NCBI GenBank assembly: GCA_021794475.1
Contig: JAJYQS010000101.1
Span: 12,408 to 76,407 of the forward strand
DNA from: a bacterium
GTDB taxonomy: Bacteria; SZUA-79; Acidulodesulfobacterales; Acidulodesulfobacteraceae
Reading direction: 5' to 3'
DNA: 64,000 bases
A program made the position numbers and the translations under genes. The notes under the pieces were generated by a model. It did not search any database and was not told the origin of the DNA. It saw nothing but the letters and a program-made list of their open reading frames with translations. Shown in pieces: positions 29,570 through 37,856 of this stretch; the first letter of the stretch is position 1; each line of letters opens with the position of its first letter.

Positions 29570-30252
29570 TAAATTAAATATAAATTAATAATCAATTCAG
29601 TTATTTTCCTCCGATTTCCTATAACTTAATTTATCTTAATTGATTTTTAACGGTATTTATTGTATTTGCTCTATGCTCTATATTGCAAATACAGATGTCA
29701 ATGTTAGAAATTAACGGATAAATTTTACCGCTTGTTTGCTTTTTTTTATCAATAAAATAAAAAATAAAGATACGGATAAAAATAGAAAGATTTAAATTAA
29801 TTCAATAAAATAACTTGACGAATTAATCAAATAAATTAAACCAGTCTGCTAAACACGCATATGGCTTTTTTATAATATCTATTTTATATCTATCTATCTG
29901 ATATATTTGACTTATTTATATCATAATATGTCTAACTTATTTATATCTTTATTTCCTTATTATTTTATTTCTTATATTTTTATGTGTTTAAAAAAAGTAA
30001 ATCTTCGGTATTACTTTACTCGTCTTTCACTGCTTTCCTATTTTGCCTTTATAATTTGTTTTAATAACCTGTTTTAATAATTTTAATAATTAAAATTTAC
30101 TAAAAGTTAATAAGTTAATAAGTTAATAGACTATAAAATATAATCGTTCCGACAGTAAGTAAGTAACTCATGCTATTTTATACATTGGCACATTTATTTA
30201 TACGTCTATGCGCATTAACATCTGCATTATCATCTATTATGTTAATTTATAA

Positions 30253-31632
30253 TTGCAAATTATGGGGGATTCCGCTATGAAAGATATGAAAGATATTAAA
30301 GATAAATTAGACGAACTTCCAATCGATATTAAATTAAGGGCAGTCGATAGATTAAAGATTCATATAATGAGACAAAAATACGGATATTTCTCAAGGCTTT
30401 GTCTGCTTCTTTCTCTTATCGGTCCCGGCATCCTTGTAATGATAGCAGACAATGACGCCGGCGGTGTAATTACTTACGCTCAGACAGGGTCAATTTTCGG
30501 TCTCGGATTTTTTATTCCTTTTATGGTCTTAATGCTTCCGGTTGCATATATAGTCCAGGAAATGACCGTCAGGCTGGGGGCAGTTACTCACAGGGGTCAT
30601 GCCGAAATGATCTGGAAAAGATACGGAAAATTTTGGGGCGCGTTCTCGTTAGCCGACTTGGTTATCGCAAATATTTTAACTTTAATCACGGAGTTTATCG
30701 GAATAACTTTAGGAATGCAATTTTTTGGTGTTTCTCCGGTTGTTTCTTCTATTGTCGCTTTAATTGTAGTTTTTTCAATACAGCTGTTTTTGAGATATTA
30801 TACATGGGAATGGATTAGTCTTAGTATTGCCGCATTAAATTTGATTTTTGTTCCATTGGTATTTTTTGTGCCGCATCTTCACTGGAATGCGGTTGCCGAT
30901 AGTTTTAAAACATGGCATATAAGCGGCGGCGTCAGCTCATTGTTTATTTATGTAGTCCTTGCAAATTTGGGTACTACGATAGCCCCCTGGATGCTGTTTT
31001 TTCAGCAGTCTTCAGTTGTAGATAAAGGATTAACCGTAAAAGATATAAGGGACGGGCAGATAGATACATTTGTAGGTTCTTTTTTTATGGTGGCGGTAGC
31101 CATTGCAATAGTTATCATAACCGGTTCCGTAGTGCATGGAGTTCAGGGCAGTTCTAATATGAGTATTGACCAGATATTGCATATAATTTCCATAAAAATG
31201 GGGATTATTCCGATGAAATTATTTGCACTAGGATTAATAGAAGCAGGTTTAATTGCAACAATTGCAATATCTGCAAGCACTTCGTGGGCCGCCGGAGAAG
31301 CACTGGGCTGGCCTAAAAGTATAAATCTTCCTCCGCTTCAGGGATGGTATTTTTATTTACCCGGGTTAATAAGCGTTTTAATTGCCGGCGGCGTTGTTTT
31401 AATACCGAATATTCCGTTAGGTTTTTTAAACTTAACTGTTCAGGTTGTGGCTTCTATATTTATGCCGGCTGCAATGCTGTTCTTACTCCTGCTGCTGAAC
31501 GATAAAGAAATTATGGGAGAGCATACAAATAAAAAATGGCAAAACATTTCGGCTTTTATAATAGTCGGATTTTTAATAATAATGAACGGATTATATGGAA
31601 TAACCGTGGTATTTCCGCATATTTTCGGATAA
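30253..31632 (+). CDS. SLC11/NRAMP-family transporter with non-canonical metal-site residues (NRMT-like)
   Basis: 459 aa NRAMP fold. Where canonical MntH has DPGN, this protein has DAGG (30454-30465). Where canonical MntH has GATVMPH, it has GTTIAPW. The track start is TTG at 30253; the ATG at 30277 (preceded by GGGGA) is an alternative start. Confidence 0.8.
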   Translation: MQIMGDSAMKDMKDIKDKLDELPIDIKLRAVDRLKIHIMRQKYGYFSRLCLLLSLIGPGILVMIADNDAGGVITYAQTGSIFGLGFFIPFMVLMLPVAYIVQEMTVRLGAVTHRGHAEMIWKRYGKFWGAFSLADLVIANILTLITEFIGITLGMQFFGVSPVVSSIVALIVVFSIQLFLRYYTWEWISLSIAALNLIFVPLVFFVPHLHWNAVADSFKTWHISGGVSSLFIYVVLANLGTTIAPWMLFFQQSSVVDKGLTVKDIRDGQIDTFVGSFFMVAVAIAIVIITGSVVHGVQGSSNMSIDQILHIISIKMGIIPMKLFALGLIEAGLIATIAISASTSWAAGEALGWPKSINLPPLQGWYFYLPGLISVLIAGGVVLIPNIPLGFLNLTVQVVASIFMPAAMLFLLLLLNDKEIMGEHTNKKWQNISAFIIVGFLIIMNGLYGITVVFPHIFG

Positions 31633-31708
31633 CAAATAATTAATATTAATAGCAGGAATAACAAAAACAACGCGAAGTAAATGATGCTTATTCAAATAAA
31701 ATTAAAAT

Positions 31709-31757
31709 AACTAATAACTAATAACTAATAACTAATAACTAATAACTAATAACTAAA
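31709..31757. repeat. tandem heptamer array, about 7 copies of AACTAAT
   Basis: Read directly, downstream of the NRAMP-like gene. Confidence 0.9.
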
Positions 31758-31790
31758 TAAAGTATACGTTAAAATAAATATAAATAATAG

Positions 31791-32069
31791 TTGGAGAAAC
31801 TTAAAATGGCATTAGACAATAAAAAAATAAAAAATAACCGCGAAGACAAAATGATAAAAAAATTGAACAACACTGAATCGCAAAATGGAACCAATTTGGA
31901 AGACGATTGGGACAATTTTGTGCAGGAAGAGGGGCTGATTGATTACAATAAAATCCCTCTTAAAAGAGCTGAAATAAAAGGCTGGGTCAAATTTGCCTTC
32001 TGGTTTTTACGAATTTATATAGTAGTTATGATTGTTCTTGTTATTATCGGATTTTCCAGAATTCATTAG
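31791..32069 (+). CDS. small membrane-anchored hypothetical protein
   Basis: Charged N-terminal part and one C-terminal TM helix (FAFWFLRIYIVVMIVLVIIGF). Likely true start is the ATG at 31806 (MALDNKK), with GGAG 9 nt upstream. Confidence 0.4.
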   Translation: MEKLKMALDNKKIKNNREDKMIKKLNNTESQNGTNLEDDWDNFVQEEGLIDYNKIPLKRAEIKGWVKFAFWFLRIYIVVMIVLVIIGFSRIH

Positions 32070-32094
32070 AAAATTGGGGAAAATGGGGGGAAAT

Positions 32095-32107
32095 GGGGAC
32101 AGACACC
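32095..32107 (+). repeat. dispersed 13-mer GGGGACAGACACC, exact copy, preceded by G-tracts
   Basis: Context reads AAATTGGGGAAAATGGGGGGAAATGGGGACAGACACCATTT. Confidence 0.85.
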
Positions 32108-32127
32108 ATTTAATTATTTAATTCTAA

Positions 32128-33708
32128 ATGGGTTTGTTAATGTTAATTATGAAAAAATTAATTTTTATATTAAAAGTTTTGAATTTTGCTATCTGCATTC
32201 AAATTATAACAGTTTGCATGCTTGTTGAGAATTCAAATGCGTTAAGCAAAATATCAGTAGGCGCCGGCAGTAATAATATAAGCAGAAGCTCCAATATTAA
32301 CATTAACAGGAAGACTGAGACTATTACCGGCTTAAATGAGCAGCTTTTAGACACATCAGACATAAACTATAACATCGGCAGAAAGACTTGTATTAACTGC
32401 AGAACGCACAATCACATGCAATCCTTTAATATCAGAAATTCTAACATTAGCATGAAAGCAGGCGGCGTTGACTTTAAAAACAGCTCTTTTTTATCACAGA
32501 TTAGACTTCTCGGCACATTTGCCGCTTCCTATACTTATAATTTTGCAGACCCTGTTGCAAATATTGAGTTTCCGCAAGGTAATTATAACGGAAATTATAT
32601 TAACGATTATAAAGTTAACGGTTTTACTATTAACGAATTAGACCTGAGCGTTTCCAAAAATGCGTTTTCAGACGGCAGGCATGCTTTCGGTCTTGGTTTC
32701 AGGGCAACATTTGATACCGGAGAAAATATACAGGACGTAGGACCTTATACCGGCAATTATTCTTACTACATAGAGTCTCTTTATAACAGACCGCTTTATG
32801 GTTTTAGGAATTTATTTATATCTTTTGGTTTACCGATTGGAAACGGTTTGAAGATTGATATAGGCGAAAAAAATTATCTCATAGGTTTTGAATCTTACAA
32901 CCTATCGAGATTATGGGAAAATACGTATTCGCCCATCACCGCCATAGAACCAGGAGAGCTGACCGGAATTTTTTTAAGCTATCCTGTTATTCCGAGAAAA
33001 TTAAAAATGGTCTTCGGAACGGCTATGACAGACAATGCTATGGTACCGATAGACAGGTATCCGACATTTGAGTTTATCGCCTCATATAAGCCGTTCGATG
33101 ATTTAAAATTTCACGAAGGAATAGTTTACGGAGCAGAGAATTTTGTAATATATAATAATAATTTAATACAGGATAATTTAAATAAATTTTTCTATAATTT
33201 TGCGGATGCCAAGTATAAACCGTTTCATTTCTGGACTTTTGTAATTGACTACGAAACTGGATTAAACGGAGGAATTAATAAATCAATTGTGAAAAATAGC
33301 GGCATAAATATTGACAAATTTAATTACTTAGGGGAAACGGCATCTTCGGTATATCCTGATTATTTAATTTCAACATCAAATGCAACGTATGACAAATCTC
33401 GTTTTTCAGGATTAGCCTTTTATATTCATCATTATAATTTATTAAATAATATAGGCAGATTTTCACAAACTATAAGGGAAGTCAGGGTATGGGACCCGCA
33501 GGGAATGTGGGAAGAAACCAGTATTCCGGGCGAGGCATTTAACTATTTTGATTCAACGCTGACTTTTGGTTTAAGACCGTCTTGCAGTTTTTTTAAAAAT
33601 ACACAGTTTAGACTGGAATTTGAAAATCAGTTAGCAAATCATAAAATTTACGGAGACGGAAACAGCATACAGAATACCGTCAATTTTATGCTCGTCAGAA
33701 CATTTTAG
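32128..33708 (+). CDS. putative outer-membrane beta-barrel protein (porin-like)
   Basis: Signal-peptide-like N-terminus (probable start MKKLIFILK at 32149), alternating aromatic/polar strands rich in Y/F/G/N, and a C-terminal ...NFMLVRTF ending in Phe, like the OMP beta-signal. Confidence 0.5.
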   Translation: MGLLMLIMKKLIFILKVLNFAICIQIITVCMLVENSNALSKISVGAGSNNISRSSNININRKTETITGLNEQLLDTSDINYNIGRKTCINCRTHNHMQSFNIRNSNISMKAGGVDFKNSSFLSQIRLLGTFAASYTYNFADPVANIEFPQGNYNGNYINDYKVNGFTINELDLSVSKNAFSDGRHAFGLGFRATFDTGENIQDVGPYTGNYSYYIESLYNRPLYGFRNLFISFGLPIGNGLKIDIGEKNYLIGFESYNLSRLWENTYSPITAIEPGELTGIFLSYPVIPRKLKMVFGTAMTDNAMVPIDRYPTFEFIASYKPFDDLKFHEGIVYGAENFVIYNNNLIQDNLNKFFYNFADAKYKPFHFWTFVIDYETGLNGGINKSIVKNSGINIDKFNYLGETASSVYPDYLISTSNATYDKSRFSGLAFYIHHYNLLNNIGRFSQTIREVRVWDPQGMWEETSIPGEAFNYFDSTLTFGLRPSCSFFKNTQFRLEFENQLANHKIYGDGNSIQNTVNFMLVRTF

Positions 33709-33768
33709 AAAATTAGAAAAATTGGATAAACAGCCGCCGATTAATTAAGTAAAATTAATTAAATTAAA

Positions 33769-33781
33769 GGGGACAGACACC
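33769..33781 (+). repeat. dispersed 13-mer GGGGACAGACACC, exact copy
   Basis: Read directly, between the convergent OMP and hppA genes, 6 nt from the hppA stop codon. Confidence 0.85.
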
Positions 33782-33787
33782 TTTAAA

Positions 33788-35860
33788 TTATTTCCATAAA
33801 ATTAATACGATGGGAACTATTAATATTGTAAAAATATTGACGACCTTTATCATCGGATTAATTGCCGGACCGGCAGTGTCTTTATAAGGATCGCCTACCG
33901 TATCTCCAGTAATAGCCGCTTGATGTGCAAAACTGCCCTTGCCGCCGTACGCTCCGCTTTCTATAAGTTTTTTTGCGTTATCCCATGCAGCGCCTCCGCT
34001 AGTCATTGAAATAGCAAGGAAAAGACCTGAAATTATAGTACCGAGCAAAATTCCTCCAAGAACAAGAGGCCCAAGGGTTAAACCGAAAATAACAGGGCCT
34101 GCTATAGGTATCAGTGCCGGCAATATCATCTCTTTTAAAGCAGATTTCGTGACTATATCAACGGATTTGCCGTAATCAGGTTTAGCCGTCCCTTCCATTA
34201 TGCCGGGTATTTCTTTAAATTGCCTCCTTACCTCAACTACTATCTCTCCTGCGGATTTTCCGACGGCTTTCATTGCCAGCGAAGCAAATAAAAAAGGAAA
34301 CATAGCGCCTATAAACAATCCTGCCAGAACGGAAGGCTGAGAAATCATAAAAATATAATGAATGGAACCATTTTCAATCAGCCTTGCATATTCTGCAAAC
34401 AGCACAATTGCGGCAAGTGCGGCAGAACCTATTGCATAGCCTTTTGTAACAGCTTTCGTAGTATTGCCGACGGCATCCAACGCATCGGTAGTTTCTCTTA
34501 CTTCGCTTGAAAGATTACTCATCTCGGCAATTCCTCCGGCATTATCCGTTATAGGTCCAAACGAATCTACGGAAATAATAATACCTGCCATAGAAAGCAT
34601 ACTGGAAGCTGCAATCGCAATACCGTAAAACCCTGCAAATCGATAAGACAAAATAATAGAAGCTGCAATAAATAAAACAGGCAGAGCCGTCGACATCTGT
34701 CCTACCGCCAGTCCGGCTATTATATTTGTGGCGTGACCGGTAGTCGAGGCCTTTGAAATAGACTTAACTGGAGCAAAATGCGTTGATGTAAAATAATCTG
34801 TTATGATAATAATAAAACCGGTAAGGAATAAACCTACCAGAGCGGCGTAATAATAATTTATAGTCGGGTAATCGCCTACCCCTTTCATAAAATACATTGT
34901 AAAAAAATAATATAAAACCGCTGAAATTATGCCTGTTGCAAACATTCCTTTATATAGGCCTTTCATTATTTTTTCTTTAGACGATGCCCCTACGAAAAAA
35001 ATTCCCGCTATAGATGTAACGACCGCTATAGCGCCTAACATCAAAGGATACATCATAGTTCTTATAAGAATATTAAAATCATAATATTTGAAAATAGAAT
35101 ATGCTAAAAGCATTGAAGCAATTATAGTCACCGCAAAAGTTTCAAAAACATCCGCAGCCATTCCCGCACAATCCCCTACGTTATCACCTACCTGATCGGC
35201 TATAACTGCCGGATTTCTTGGGTCATCTTCAGGAATACCTTCTTCAATCTTGCCTACAAGGTCGGCTCCTACATCCGCCGCTTTGGTATATATCCCGCCG
35301 CCAAGCCTTGCAAATACGCTTATAAGACTGCAGCCGAATGCAAACCCTATCATTGAATCTAATGCGCCGCCGACCGTGCCGGTTATATAGAACGATAAAT
35401 CAAGAAAAATAGAAATACCGAGAACGCCAAGACCAAGAACCATAAGCCCCGTTACCGAACCTGTTTTAAAGGCGAACTGCAGCGCCGATTTTGTTCCGTA
35501 TTTTGCAATCTCGGCAGTCCTGACGTTAGCTCTCACTGCGTTAAACATACCAAAATACCCGGCTGAGGCGGAAAGAACAGCGCCGAATACAAAACCTGCC
35601 GCAGTAAGCATTCCAAATTGCGGAACCCATATGCCTCCGACTAAAATTAACAGAAAAATAATAAAACCGACTATCGCCACCGTCCTATACTGCCGATTAA
35701 GAAAAGCTTTTGCGCCTTCCTGGATAGCGGCGGCAATTTCCTGCATTTTAGGAGTTCCGTCTGAATGTTTTAATGCCCAGAATGTTATTATAACGCTGTA
35801 AATTACTGCGATAATACCGGCTATAAGTCCAAACAGGATGGAATAATCAAATATAATCAT
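33788..35860 (-). CDS. hppA: membrane-bound proton-translocating pyrophosphatase, K+-independent signature
   Basis: 690 aa with motifs [49 protein letters not shown]. The [10 protein letters not shown] segment has Lys/Thr where K+-dependent enzymes have Ala/Gly. Confidence 0.93.
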   Translation of the reverse strand: MIIFDYSILFGLIAGIIAVIYSVIITFWALKHSDGTPKMQEIAAAIQEGAKAFLNRQYRTVAIVGFIIFLLILVGGIWVPQFGMLTAAGFVFGAVLSASAGYFGMFNAVRANVRTAEIAKYGTKSALQFAFKTGSVTGLMVLGLGVLGISIFLDLSFYITGTVGGALDSMIGFAFGCSLISVFARLGGGIYTKAADVGADLVGKIEEGIPEDDPRNPAVIADQVGDNVGDCAGMAADVFETFAVTIIASMLLAYSIFKYYDFNILIRTMMYPLMLGAIAVVTSIAGIFFVGASSKEKIMKGLYKGMFATGIISAVLYYFFTMYFMKGVGDYPTINYYYAALVGLFLTGFIIIITDYFTSTHFAPVKSISKASTTGHATNIIAGLAVGQMSTALPVLFIAASIILSYRFAGFYGIAIAASSMLSMAGIIISVDSFGPITDNAGGIAEMSNLSSEVRETTDALDAVGNTTKAVTKGYAIGSAALAAIVLFAEYARLIENGSIHYIFMISQPSVLAGLFIGAMFPFLFASLAMKAVGKSAGEIVVEVRRQFKEIPGIMEGTAKPDYGKSVDIVTKSALKEMILPALIPIAGPVIFGLTLGPLVLGGILLGTIISGLFLAISMTSGGAAWDNAKKLIESGAYGGKGSFAHQAAITGDTVGDPYKDTAGPAINPMIKVVNIFTILIVPIVLILWK

Positions 35861-36201
35861 GATGAGCGCCTTTTTTATTTAGGTTATATTGGCAACTAAT
35901 TAAATTAATAAACAAATTAAATTAAGCTAAAATAAAATGAAATAAAATCTGCTAATAAGTTAAATTATTTTTATTTTATGTTGAAAAATCAGTTATATAA
36001 AAAACTTATTTATATAAATAATCAACAAACACATTAACCAAAACCAATACTTAATTTAATTATACCACAATAAAGAAATAAAAAAATTTTGCTCATCTTT
36101 ATAACGTCATCATCTTTTTACCGCAATAAAAAAATAACGCAAATATCTGCCGAATTATTAAGGTAAGTTCCCGTCTCTAATTTATTTTCGATTTTTTATT
36201 A

Positions 36202-37524
36202 TTATAAATTATCGTCGGCAGCTGCTGCAGCGCTATCCGCAACGCCTGCGCCGGCTTCGGCTTCATTAAGTTTTGAGGCCTTTTCTTTTAATGCTGCAAA
36301 ATAAATTGCAATAGGTCTGTATGCAAGATGCGACCATTTAGAAAACGGCACTTCAATGACGAGCATAGGAATTACTATCATTAAGTGAATCAAATATAAG
36401 TAAAAAACCCACGACGAAGGGTCTTTATAAACAACGAAAGCCCTCAGCATTATTCCTGTAAAAGCTGTCATAAAAAGCAGAACGATAAACGCCCAGTCGG
36501 TATGATGAGAAAATTTGCTTCTTTCGATTTTCTTTGTGAGTCTTTTATATGCAAAATAAATAGTTCCGAATATGAGTCCTATACTTGCATAATAATCAAA
36601 TAATATAGTATGGAACAATACGTATTTATCATCAGTCTGAAACCATTTTAAGAAAACTACTATTCCTATAAATAAAGCTACATAGCTGGTCATAAGGAAC
36701 ACGTGCGTAAGCCAGAAATTATATTTTCCTTCGGAAAGTTTTTTAAAAAAAGTCTCTTTCTGCGCTTCTTCATCTTCGCATTTTGAGAATCTTATCTGCG
36801 TAAAAAAATTAAATATCAGCGCCCATAATTCAGTAAAATAAAGTTTAAAAGGAATCTTGACATTTTTATCGCTTAAAACAGTTTTTTTAAACATATTAAA
36901 AATAAATGAGAGCAGCAGCGCTGAAAGTATAACTATCATGGGATAATCAAAAAAATAATCTATCTTATACGCCGGAACCATTTGATTGATAGTCAGTATT
37001 TTATTGCCGCCGCCCGCACTGCCCATGACACTTGCATTGCCGCTGATATTTGCATTGGAGTGAGGGGTTAATCCAAAAAGAACAGCCCATTCTATAAATA
37101 CAATCACCGCCACTATTAACAATGCAATATATTCTGCAATTTTGGATTTATAAAGCAATCTTGAAATTCCTGTCCAGTCGTAAACGGTAGTCAGCCAGCG
37201 TCGAAGCGACATCATAAGCTGTCCGGGGTCTGCTTTTCTAGGACAGAACTCGGAGCATTTTCCGCAATAATAACATAGCCAAGGGTCAAGGTCTCCTTCT
37301 AATTTATTTTTCAAACCCCACTGAGACCATATCATTTCCTTTCGCGGGAAAGGTTTATCGTCAGACGATAAAGGACATATTGCAGAACACGTGCCGCACT
37401 GAAAACATTTTTTAAAAGGACTGTCTCCGATATCCTTAATATTCTTAACAAGATTAAAATTATTAATATCGTTATCGTTACCGTTGATATTAATGCCTTT
37501 GGCGTTTTGCGAATTGCTGGACAT
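36202..37524 (-). CDS. qmoC: quinone-interacting membrane-bound oxidoreductase subunit QmoC (HdrC-like FeS domain fused to HdrE/NarI-like membrane domain)
   Basis: Two CxxCxxCxxxCP motifs (CFQCGTCSAICP, CYYCGKCSEFCP) followed by several TM helices. Downstream of qmoAB. Confidence 0.8.
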   Translation of the reverse strand: MSSNSQNAKGININGNDNDINNFNLVKNIKDIGDSPFKKCFQCGTCSAICPLSSDDKPFPRKEMIWSQWGLKNKLEGDLDPWLCYYCGKCSEFCPRKADPGQLMMSLRRWLTTVYDWTGISRLLYKSKIAEYIALLIVAVIVFIEWAVLFGLTPHSNANISGNASVMGSAGGGNKILTINQMVPAYKIDYFFDYPMIVILSALLLSFIFNMFKKTVLSDKNVKIPFKLYFTELWALIFNFFTQIRFSKCEDEEAQKETFFKKLSEGKYNFWLTHVFLMTSYVALFIGIVVFLKWFQTDDKYVLFHTILFDYYASIGLIFGTIYFAYKRLTKKIERSKFSHHTDWAFIVLLFMTAFTGIMLRAFVVYKDPSSWVFYLYLIHLMIVIPMLVIEVPFSKWSHLAYRPIAIYFAALKEKASKLNEAEAGAGVADSAAAAADDNL

Positions 37525-37856
37525 ATATTTTTATCTCCCGAAACTGAAACCTGATTATGCTATAAATAAAATAATTATAAAATAATTAATATAAACAATT
37601 ATTAATAATGAAATAAGTAAAATAATTAATATTGTATAACATATAATTGCAAAGCCGTCTGCGTCTGTTCACTATATCTGCTGAAACAAACGAATAAATA
37701 ATTGATTAAATAACTAAATAATTAATCAAACAAATAAATCATTAACAAAATAACTGAATAACTAAATAACAAAACCGAATAAACAGCCTATTTATTAAAT
37801 AAATCAAAATTCCTTATTTAGATAGCTAATTGAATAAAAAAATTAGAATGCCTTAT

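Noticed and set aside
29900-30252. yybP-ykoY (Mn2+) riboswitch or Fur/MntR box directly upstream of the NRAMP-like gene
   Set aside because: I could not find the conserved riboswitch core or a convincing 19-bp Fur-type palindrome. GGATAATCGCATATAAT at about 29418-29434 only loosely resembles a Fur box.
32076-32098. G-quadruplex from GGGG-AAAAT-GGGGGG-AAAT-GGGG
   Set aside because: There are only three G-tracts unless the central G6 is split without a loop. More likely it is part of the extended dispersed-motif context.
37651-37690. GC island in the qmoB-qmoC spacer sharing the 9-mer CTGCGTCTG with the 57262-57287 island
   Set aside because: A single shared 9-mer with no extended similarity is most likely chance. 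The 330-nt qmoB-qmoC spacer is noted but has no structure I can support.
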